Part shown: positions 23,801-32,325 of the stretch, in pieces
Layout: each line of letters begins with the position of its first letter
Numbering within the stretch: the stretch's first letter is position 1
NCBI GenBank assembly: GCA_963749495.1
Contig: CAVVMW010000001.1
Location: forward strand, 320,001 to 384,000
Length of the DNA: 64,000 nucleotides
Direction: 5' to 3'
DNA from: an uncultured bacterium
Lineage (GTDB): Bacteria; Verrucomicrobiota; Verrucomicrobiia; Limisphaerales; UBA8199
Made by a program: the position numbers and the translations under genes
Notes under the pieces: model-generated
What the model was told of the DNA's origin: nothing
Databases searched by the model: none
What the model saw: the letters and a program-made list of their open reading frames with translations, nothing else

Positions 23801-24856
23801 CAGCAGCGCGAGCGCCTGACCAACCTGGTCCAGCGCGCCGACCAGATCTCCGAGCAGGCCGAGGCCCCCGAGCCTCTGCTCTCCAAGCAACTTTATGATT
23901 CGGTCCGCCGCTTCACCCAGGACAGCGCCAAGGACGTCAAAGACCTCCAGGAGCGTCTTTTTGACCAGCGCCTGATGACCCGCGGCCTCCTGGATCGGTT
24001 CAAAAGCCAGGACCCCGACGGCGCCAAGCTCCTCGACGCCACCTCCGAACTGCTCCGCCTGGACGCCCCGTCCGAGGCCGCCCAAACCGCCCAGCGCCTC
24101 GGCCCTCGCCTGGACGAACTCAAACGCGGCATCGAGCGCGCCGCCGAGAGTGTGCTGGGCGACGACACCGAGGCGCTGCGCCTGGCCCAGCAGGAATTAA
24201 ACCGGCTGACCGACCAGTTGCAGCAGGAGTCTCTCAAGGCCCAGGCCGAGGCCTCCGCCGGCGGCACCAACCAGACGGCTTCTGTCGGCGGCCAATCCGG
24301 CTCGGTCCGACCCGTCGGACCGGTCGGACCGGTCCGACAGACAACAGCCCAGGACGGCGGCGCACGATCGGCGGGCGCCGAAACTCCCGCTGCCGCCTCC
24401 GGTTCGACCCGCGACGGAGGCCGGTTCAACACCGCTTCGGCCGGGGGCGGAGGGGGCGATGCCAACGCCAACTGGCCTCGCGATTTGAACCGGCTGCTCG
24501 ACGAGCGCGGCTGGCGGCGCGACGGGCCGCTGACAGGAGATGATTTTGTCAACTGGTCGGATCGCCTGCGGGATGTCGAGGAGATGATCGAGGAGCCCGG
24601 CTTGCGAAACGAGGTGGCGCTGGCGCGCGAACGTGCCCGGGTGCTGCGGCAGGATTTCAAGCGCGACCGCAAAAAGCCCGACTGGGCGGTGGTCCGTTTG
24701 CAGGTCATGAATCCCTTGAGCGAGGTGCGGGACCGAATCACGGAAGAATTGGCGCGGCGCCAATCGCGCGATGCGCTGGTCCCCATAGACCGCGACCCGG
24801 TGCCCAGCCGTTACTCCGACCTGGTGCGGAGGTACTACGAGGAACTTGGGAAATGA
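20866..24856 (+). CDS. Large DUF4175-like membrane/coiled-coil protein; two ORFs (20866..22521, 22529..24856) fused by removing one A at 22515-22518
   Basis: N-terminal TMs, DDFG motif, long Q/E-rich coiled coil, C-terminal DRDPVP..Y..LVRRYYE. A single-base deletion in the AAAA run restores one 1329-aa frame. Confidence 0.7.
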
Positions 24857-24905
24857 GGCGCAACAAATGCATGGCCAAAGCCCGTCGCAAAGCCGGGAGT
24901 GGGGG

Positions 24906-24987
24906 ACCTTTGTCGCAGCCTTTGTCGAAACCTTTGTCGGGTTGGCGATTCTTCGACAAAGGTGCCGACAAAGGCTGCGACAAAGGT
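24906..24987. repeat. 12-bp tandem/inverted repeat family (CCTTTGTCGCAG)n...(CTGCGACAAAGG)n; copies at 34926-34961, 53223-53311, 56334-56414
   Basis: Read directly. Confidence 0.9.
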
Positions 24988-25057
24988 ACGGAATCAGAGC
25001 TTTTGGGACAGGCTCTAGCTATTTCGGGGACACCACACTAGCGCACCTTTCGTGAAT

Positions 25058-27456
25058 ATGCCCCTTGCGAGCCTCCTGATTCCCGATTCCGCCTGGTTCT
25101 GGCCGGCGATCGTTGTGCTGGTCTTGGGGGCGGTGGTGTTGATTGGGAGTTACAGGGCGGCGGCGCCGGGGGTGGCGCGCTGGATTTGCCCGGCGCTGAA
25201 ACTGCTGGGCCTGGCGGCGCTGGGTTTCTGCCTGCTCGAACCGCTCTGGTCGGGCCAGCGGGCCCGGCCCGGGCAAACCTCTTCGCCATCGTCGCCGACA
25301 ACAGCCAGAGCCTGCTGGTCAAAGACCGCGCCTGGGGGCTAAGCCGGGGCGACTACCTCCGCAACCTGCTCGATGCCCGGCGCGCCGCATGGCTGGGGAC
25401 GCTGGAGGAGAACTTCGAGGTCCGGCGCTATCTCTTCGATGCCCGCCTTCAAAGCGCCAAGGACTTCGGCGAGCTGACCTTCGACGGCCGGGCCTCGGCC
25501 CTGGGCGCAGCATTGCGCACCCTGGCCGAGCGGTTCCAGGGCCGCCCGCTGGCCGGGGTGTTGCTCCTGACCGACGGCAATGCCACCGACCTGCGCGCTG
25601 CGCCCGACCTGCCCGGCCTGCCGCCCATCTACCCCGTGGTCATCGGCAGCCGCCAGCCGCTCAAGGACATCGCCCTCCAGCAAGTCCGCACCACCCAAAC
25701 CGATTTCGAGGACGCCCCGGTCGCCATCCAGGCCAACGTCACCGCCGCCGGTTTCGGCGGGCAGAGCATCGCGGCCCAGGTGCTCGATGCCTCAGGCCGG
25801 CAGGTGGCCGAGCAATCTCTCCGGGCTCGAGGCGACACCAACGTGCTCGCCTTCCGGTTCGAGTTGCGGCCCGAAAAGCCGGGTCTGTCCTTTTACCGCA
25901 TTCGAGTGGGGCAGGCCTCCAGCCTGCACGACCGCGTCCGGGCCAGCGAGGAGGTGGCGCCGGCCCTTTCCGCCAAGGATTCCCAGGAGGCGACGCTGGC
26001 CAACAACACCTCGGTGGTGGCTGTGGACCGCGGGCGCGGCCCGTATCGGATTCTGTATGTGGCGGGCCGGCCGAACTGGGAATTCAAGTTCCTGAACCGG
26101 GCCGTCGAGGAGGACGAGCAACTCCAGTTGGTGGGCCTGATCCGGGTCGCCCGGCGCGAGCCGCGGTTTAATTTCATGGGACGGCCCGGCGAGAGCAGCA
26201 ACCCGCTGTATCGCGGCTTTGGCAACCAGTCCGCCGAAGAGGTCGAGCGCTACGACCAGCCGGTCCTGGTGCGGCTCAACACGCGCGACCAGTTCGAGCT
26301 GCGCGGCGGTTTCCCCCGGACCGCCGAGGAACTCTACGGCTACCAAGCGGTCATCCTGGACCATCTGGAGGCCGAATTCTTCACGCCCGACCAGGCGGTG
26401 TTGCTGCAGAAATTCGTCTCGGAGCGCGGCGGCGGCTTGCTCATGCTCGGGGGCGCGGAATCGTTCGAGGAGGGCAAATACCAGCGCACGCCCATTGGGG
26501 ACATGCTGCCGGTGTACCTGGAGCGCGCTCAACCGAGTGCGGCCCCCACCCTGCGCATGGACCTGACGCGAGAGGGCCTGCTCCAATCCTGGGCGCGCGT
26601 GCGCGACAACGAGGCCGACGAAAAAACGCGGCTCCGGAGCATGGCGCCCTTTGAAGTGTTCAACCACGTCCACGGCGTGAAGCCCGGGGCGAGCGTCATC
26701 GCCACCGTCCAGGACGCCGCCGGCAAGACCTTCCCGGCGCTGGTGGTCCAGCGGTTTGGAAGGGGCCGGACGGCGGCCCTGACCATCGGGGATGTCTGGC
26801 ACTGGGGCTTCCACGATGCCGAGGCGCACCGGGACATGGACAAGGCCTGGCGCCAACTCATGCGCTGGCTGGTCACCGACGTGCCCAACCGCGTGGACCT
26901 GGCCGCCGAGCGCCAGCCCGAGGACCCGAATGGGGCGGTCAGCCTGCGGGTGCGCGTGCGCGATCCCAAGTACCTGCCCCTCGATAATGCCAGCGTCAGC
27001 CTCGAGGTCCGCCGCGTCCTGGGCGAATCCGCCCCCGACCCCGGGACCAATTTCATCCGGCTCCGCGCCGAGCCCTCGGCGGCCGAACCGGGTCTTTACG
27101 AGTCGGCCTATCTCCCGCGCGCCACCGGGGGTTACAAGGTCAGCGCTTGCGTGACCAACTCGGAGGGCGTCGAGGTGGGCCGCGCCGAGGCGGGCTGGAG
27201 CACCGACCTGGCCGCCGACGAGTTTCGCTACCTGGCGCCGAACGTGGCGCTGCTGGAGGCCATTGCCCGGAAGACTGGCGGGGAAGTCATCGGCGCCGAG
27301 GCCCTGGACCGGTTCGCGCGCCGCGCCCCGCGCCGCCCGGCGCCGGTGATGGAGGCCTGGACCCGCCCGCTGTGGCACACCCCGGCCGTCTTGGCCTTCG
27401 CCCTGGCCTGCTTCATCGGCGAATGGGGCCTGCGGCGGTGGAAAGGATTGCCATGA
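25058..27456 (+). CDS. Membrane protein with vWA-like and class I glutamine amidotransferase-like domains; one-base frameshift near 25272
   Basis: ORF 25052..25342 (...LLEPLWSGQRARPG) joins ANLFAIVADNSQS. Motifs LLTDG, GRPNWEFKFL, ERGGGLLMLGG, EWGLRRWKGL. Confidence 0.8.
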
Positions 27457-28454
27457 GCGTCCGATTCGTCCGACTCGTCCGACCAGTCCGACCGGTCCGA
27501 CTCCTCGTGTGCCTTCTGCTCGTCGTGTTGCTCAGCCCTGCCACGCTGCTCCGGGCCGGCGGCGCGGAGCAGGGCACGGTAATCCTGGTCATGGGCGCGG
27601 CGGGCGAAGAAGAGTTCGGCACCAACTTCCTCCGCGAGGTGGCCTTGTGGGAAAAGGCCAGTGCCCAAGGCGAATGCCGCAGCATCACCATCGGCCTGGA
27701 TCCCGCGCCCGGGCCCAGCGATTGCGACCGGCTCAGAGCGGCGCTCTCCGCCGAGCCCACAAACGGCCCGGCCCCGCTCTGGCTGGTCCTGATCGGCCAC
27801 GGCACTTTCGACGGCAAAGAGGCCAAGTTCAACCTGCGCGGCCCGGACCTCTCCGCCGCCGACCTCGAGCTGTGGCTGCGCCCCTTCCGCCGTCCCCTGG
27901 CCATCATCAACACCGCCTCCTCCAGCGCCCCGTTCCTCAACCGGTTGTCCGCCACCAACCGCGTCATCATCACCGCCACCCGCAGCGGACACGAACAGAA
28001 CTACGCCCGCTTCGGCCAATACCTGGCCCAGGCCCTCACCAGCCCGGAGGCGGACCTCGACAAAGACGGCCAGGTCTCGCTCCTGGAGGCCTTCCTGACC
28101 GCCTCGCACCAGACCGCCGAGTTCTACAAGGTCCAGGGCCGGCTCATCACCGAGCATGCCCTGCTCGACAACAACGGGGACGGCCTGGGCACGCCGGCGG
28201 ATTGGTTTCGCGGCCTGCGCGCCGTCAAGAAGGCAAAGGACAACGCCGGCCTGGACGGCCTGCTGGCCCGGCAGTTCTGCCTCGTCCCGAGCGAGTCCGA
28301 ACGCAAGCTGGCCCCCGAACAGCGGTCCCGCCGCGACGCCCTCGAACGCGACCTGTTCCTGCTTCGCGAGAAGAAGGCCCAGATGAACCAGGACGACTAT
28401 TACCGCCAACTGGAAAAGCTCCTGCTCGACCTGGCAAGGTGCTACCCGACGTGA
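27453..28454 (+). CDS. Secreted conserved hypothetical protein (possible caspase-like/C13 fold), last gene of the MoxR operon
   Basis: Signal peptide, LIGHGTFDG, ADLDKDGQVSLLEAF, EHALLD. ATGA overlap with the upstream gene. Confidence 0.7.
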   Translation: MSVRFVRLVRPVRPVRLLVCLLLVVLLSPATLLRAGGAEQGTVILVMGAAGEEEFGTNFLREVALWEKASAQGECRSITIGLDPAPGPSDCDRLRAALSAEPTNGPAPLWLVLIGHGTFDGKEAKFNLRGPDLSAADLELWLRPFRRPLAIINTASSSAPFLNRLSATNRVIITATRSGHEQNYARFGQYLAQALTSPEADLDKDGQVSLLEAFLTASHQTAEFYKVQGRLITEHALLDNNGDGLGTPADWFRGLRAVKKAKDNAGLDGLLARQFCLVPSESERKLAPEQRSRRDALERDLFLLREKKAQMNQDDYYRQLEKLLLDLARCYPT

Positions 28455-28632
28455 GGGCCGTTGACAAAGTTGTAGCGCAGGTTTCCAAACCTGCTGTATC
28501 GCCGATTTCCAATCGGCAGGGCGTCGGCACGTTGAGCGCCCCCGGTTTGCGGACGGCCTGCGGGTTTGGAAACCTGCGCTACGCTGGCGCCCCTGGCGCA
28601 CAGCCGCGCCGAGCGACCTTGTCAACGGCCCT
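28454..28632. mobile_element. MITE-like element, inverted copy of 3148-3350
   Basis: AGGGCCGTTGACAA...TTGTCAACGGCCCT termini. Confidence 0.8.
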
Positions 28633-28732
28633 GCCCCGTCGCGCGCCCCCAGTCATTTTCATTGCTTGACGAAATTTGCCCCCGGGGACATGCTCAATTA
28701 CGGCTGGGCGCAAGCGCGCTCGGCCACAGATT

Positions 28733-29596
28733 ATGATGCGCACAATTCAGAACCGGTTGTTTTTCGTTCCCGCCTTGCTGCTGTCGCTCCCGCTCGCCTT
28801 GGCCCAGGCGCCCTCGGGGGAGATTTCCTTTACCTTTGACCGCACGACGGTTCCCGTCTGGGATTTCACCGGGGCCTACCAGTTCGACCAGCAGATGGTC
28901 GGCCTGGGTTCGGTCTCGCCTCTCTCCTTCCAGGTGTTCATCACCCACGACCTGGCCGGGAGATTGCGCGGCCTCGGCACGACTATAGTGACGATCGGCC
29001 AGGATGTCGTATCCGCCAATTATGTGGTCATCGGCAGTGTCAGCCTGGGCGGCAATGCCACGCGCGCCATCTTCAAGATTTCGCTGGTGGGGGACGGTCT
29101 GGACCTCATCGCCGGGCAGCCCCGGGGCTTCCGGGTCTCCCTGCTCTACGACCTGGTGGTGGACCCCAACCCCGCCAATACGCCGGCCTGGATCCCGCGG
29201 GCGGGCAATCCCGGGGTGCGCGGCACGGTGAGCGTCTCCGGCGTTGGCGCCGCCACGGTCATCCCCGGGAACGGTTTCGCCGTGGCGCTGCCGCCAGGCG
29301 TCAATGGCAAGTGGAGCCTGGACATGGACATCCTGGCCCTGAATCGGCTCGGCGGCTCGGCCACCATCGTCATCGACAGCGCGGCGCCGCCCGACCGCCC
29401 GCTGACTCAACCGGGCACCCGGACACTCAATGCCAACCTCGTCGGCACCTTCAACGCGAGGCTCGCGTCCTCGCAGGTGGTGCTCGCCGGCATTTTTGAC
29501 ACCCGCCCCGCCTCGCTGCAGTTGAGCTTTTTCAACGGCGCCACCGCGCCATCGCGCATGAGCGGCAGGCTCCTCGGCCAAACCATCCGCCAATAA
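28733..29596 (+). CDS. Secreted beta-rich hypothetical protein
   Basis: Signal peptide MMRTIQNRLFFVPALLLSLPLALA-Q; GC-rich codon usage like neighbouring genes. Confidence 0.7.
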   Translation: MMRTIQNRLFFVPALLLSLPLALAQAPSGEISFTFDRTTVPVWDFTGAYQFDQQMVGLGSVSPLSFQVFITHDLAGRLRGLGTTIVTIGQDVVSANYVVIGSVSLGGNATRAIFKISLVGDGLDLIAGQPRGFRVSLLYDLVVDPNPANTPAWIPRAGNPGVRGTVSVSGVGAATVIPGNGFAVALPPGVNGKWSLDMDILALNRLGGSATIVIDSAAPPDRPLTQPGTRTLNANLVGTFNARLASSQVVLAGIFDTRPASLQLSFFNGATAPSRMSGRLLGQTIRQ

Positions 29597-29641
29597 ACCC
29601 CCGTACAGATCTGCAGCGTCTGGTTTTCCTTTTCCGCTGTC

Positions 29642-30208
29642 CTACTTGCTCCCAGGCTTGACGGGAGGAATCGCCGCCAGGTCCGCAGGAAGCTTATCGG
29701 GCTCGAATGTCTCGACGTGCAGGGACATGAGGCTGAAGCCGGGTACTCCGAAGTCCACCGCCCCGCCTGAGCGGTCCACAGCCATGGCGACCCCCACCAC
29801 CTGCCCGCCGTGGCGCCGCACGATGTCCAGGGTCTCCTGCACCCGGCCGCCCTTGGTGACCACGTCCTCGACCACAAGGATTCTCTCGCCGGGCGCGATT
29901 TTGAAGCCGCGGCGCAGGGCCAGCTTGCCGTCTTCCTTCTCGACGAAGATGAAGCGAGCGCCCAGTTGGCGGGCCACCTCTTGGCCCAGGACCAGCCCGC
30001 CCATGGCCGGGGAGACCACCGTGGCGGCGGCCAGGGGACGGACTTTCCTTGCCAGTTCAGCCCCCAGCTTCTCGACGGTGGGCATCTGCTGCAACGCCAG
30101 GGCGCATTGGAAGTACTGGCGGCTGCGCAAGCCGCTGCGCAGGATGAAGTGCCCTTCCAGCAACGCCCCCGTCTCGCGGAAAACCTGCATCACTTCGTGC
30201 TCGGTCAT
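29642..30208 (-). CDS. pyrE: Orotate phosphoribosyltransferase
   Basis: GALLEGHFILRSG, PRPP motif VVEDVVTKGG, KPGSK end. Confidence 0.95.
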   Translation of the reverse strand: MTEHEVMQVFRETGALLEGHFILRSGLRSRQYFQCALALQQMPTVEKLGAELARKVRPLAAATVVSPAMGGLVLGQEVARQLGARFIFVEKEDGKLALRRGFKIAPGERILVVEDVVTKGGRVQETLDIVRRHGGQVVGVAMAVDRSGGAVDFGVPGFSLMSLHVETFEPDKLPADLAAIPPVKPGSK

Positions 30209-30211
30209 GCC

Positions 30212-30370
30212 TCAGCCTTTGGACGGGTAGAGCGCCCAGGAAATGCCGGCGTTGGAGGCCAAAATAAAGACCGCCGCCAGCGCCAGCACAACCAGCGCTA
30301 TGAGCGGCAGCAACCACCACTTCTTCTCCTGCCGGCAGACCTGCAGGAACTCTCGAAACAGAGCCTTCAT
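30212..30370 (-). CDS. DUF5989-like small membrane protein (52 aa)
   Basis: Not in ORF track. MKALFREFLQVCRQEKKWWLLPLIALVVLALAAVFILASNAGISWALYPSKG; TTGCCA-17-TAAGGT promoter upstream. Confidence 0.8.
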   Translation of the reverse strand: MKALFREFLQVCRQEKKWWLLPLIALVVLALAAVFILASNAGISWALYPSKG

Positions 30371-30613
30371 TGGCCGGAACCTTATCAACCCGAACGCTCC
30401 GTGGCAATGCGCCGTTTACATCACTAACGGGGCGATGATGAAGGTGCAATAATTGAGCATCTCTCGTGGCTTGGATGGGGCAGCGTCCCAACGTCCTTTG
30501 GGTCCCTTTCGTCCCTTGTGTCCCTCCTGTCTCTTGTATCTCATCCCAAGCGGTGCCGGCGGCTCGGCGTGGGATCCCTTCGGGCGTACCCCGACGTTCC
30601 AGCCCGCCCCGGC

Positions 30614-31420
30614 TCAAGACGACGCCAGCAATTTCTTTGCCTGCCGGACGTATTGCGGGTTCAACTCGACCCCGACAAAGCGCCTGTTCAACCGCCGGCA
30701 AACCCGGCCCACCGTGCCGCACCCAAAGAACGGGTCGAAGACAAAATCGCCCGGCCTGGTAGCCGTCAGGATACAAGGTTCGACCAGGTCTTCAGGAAAC
30801 GAGGCGATGTGATGGCCGTTGGCCGGAGCGGTGTTGATGCTCCAGACCGTGCGGCGGTTGCGGGTCCCTCCGTCTTCGGCCGCCTCCGGCGCCGCCTCGG
30901 CATGATAGGTGTATCTCTGCTGCCTGGTGAACATGAAGAGATATTCGTGGGCGCGGGTTGGCCGGTCTCTGACGCTCTCCGGCATGGCGTTGGGTTTGTG
31001 CCAGATAACGTCGCTGCGGAGATACCATCCGTCCGCCTGCAATGCGAAGGCCAGCCGCCAGGGGACGCCCAGCAGGTCCTTGTCCTTCAGGTCCGGGGGA
31101 TTCTCCGGGCGCACCGACATGGCGCGGTTAGGGTTCTTCTTGTCGGGCGCGCGCCATCCCCGGTTTCCGCTGGTGTAGCCGTCGCCAATGTTCAACCACA
31201 AGATGCCGTCCGGTTTCAAGACGCGGCGCACTTCGGCAAAGAGGTTCGTCAGCCTGTGGATGTAGGCAGCGAGGGTCGGCTCCAGCCCAATCTGGCCCCG
31301 GATCCCGTAATCCCGCAGGCCCCAATAGGGAGGCGAGGTGACGGCACACTGAACGCAAGCCTCCGGCAGCCGCGGGAGGATTTCACCAGCATCCCCCTCG
31401 AGCACCAGGGACTCGGTCAC
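30614..31420 (-). CDS. Site-specific DNA methyltransferase, beta class (N4-cytosine-type SPPY motif)
   Basis: TSPPY catalytic motif precedes the DPFFGCGT SAM-binding motif. Confidence 0.92.
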   Translation of the reverse strand: MTESLVLEGDAGEILPRLPEACVQCAVTSPPYWGLRDYGIRGQIGLEPTLAAYIHRLTNLFAEVRRVLKPDGILWLNIGDGYTSGNRGWRAPDKKNPNRAMSVRPENPPDLKDKDLLGVPWRLAFALQADGWYLRSDVIWHKPNAMPESVRDRPTRAHEYLFMFTRQQRYTYHAEAAPEAAEDGGTRNRRTVWSINTAPANGHHIASFPEDLVEPCILTATRPGDFVFDPFFGCGTVGRVCRRLNRRFVGVELNPQYVRQAKKLLASS

Positions 31421-31594
31421 TTGAATGTTTGGAGCCGGTACTTTCGATCAATTCATCCGATTGCCGGCAAACAGTCTGCCACCCGCGCCCGCCGGTGAAA
31501 AGAACTCCCTCGCCTTTCAGGATTGACTTCCAAAGCGCACGGGCGGAGGGTTGTCTCGATGGCATGCTTGCGCATCGCACGCCTGCCGAACGGA

Positions 31595-31785
31595 ATGAAA
31601 ACCAACACCAAGAAGACGAGACCCAAGGGGAATGGGGTGCTGCTGGGCCGTGAGGAATTGCTCGCCGCCCACCACGCGCGCTGAAACGCGTGCGAAGCCT
31701 GACACCGACGGAGGGCTTTGAGACTCTGGTAAGGGCTGGCATTTACACCCGCGACGGCAAACTGACCCCGCGCTACGGCGGCTAA
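31595..31785 (+). CDS. Small hypothetical protein (about 63 aa) with one-base deletion near 31678
   Basis: MKTNTKKTRPKGNGVLLGREELLAAHH|..LKRVRSLTPTEGFETLVRAGIYTRDGKLTPRYGG*. Span is 191 nt, i.e. 64 codons minus 1 base. Confidence 0.5.
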
Positions 31786-32003
31786 CCGAAAGATCTTGCT
31801 CCAAGGAATCAGGCTCGGTCCATGTACTGTGCCGGCTCGGGGGAGAAGAAGTCAATGATGCAAGTTGGGTCTCTCACCGCTATCTGGATGTGAGATCTGA
31901 GGGCGATTTTGGAGCCAGGGAAGGCAGGTTTTAGGGGGTTAGTCAAACCGAGACGCCACTCTGGGTGAGATTAGAACTGCTGGTCAGATCACGGCGCCTT
32001 TTT

Positions 32004-32192
32004 GCCCCGAAGGGGCTTCCGACAATAGCCCGGCGTTTCAACGCCGGGTGAGCGGACCCAAGGAGCAGCTCCGTCCCGAAGGGACGGTTGAAAGCCAGGA
32101 GCGTTCTCAGTCGTCCCTTCGGGACGAGGGGTCCCTTGTGTGGCCTCCCCGGCGTTGAAACGCCGGGCTATTGTCAGATGTCCCTCCGGGAC
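32004..32192. repeat. Multi-hairpin REP (GTCCC(G/T)(G/A)AGGGAC; AATAGCCC..CGTTTCAACG..GGG); related copy at 52392-52582
   Basis: Nested inverted repeats shared between the two copies. Confidence 0.85.
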
Positions 32193-32325
32193 AGAACTCC
32201 CGAGGCGCACGCCCGACGCTTTTATCGCACCCCGCCACTCTGGTTCCGTCGTTGAGGCGGGGCAAGGCATTCTTCCCTGCGGTCTAACCTTGCCAGCCGG
32301 GGTGGTGACTTGATACCCTGCGGGC

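Noticed and set aside
31421..31990. Cognate restriction endonuclease for the methyltransferase
   Set aside because: No ORF of adequate length and no PD-(D/E)xK or HNH motif.
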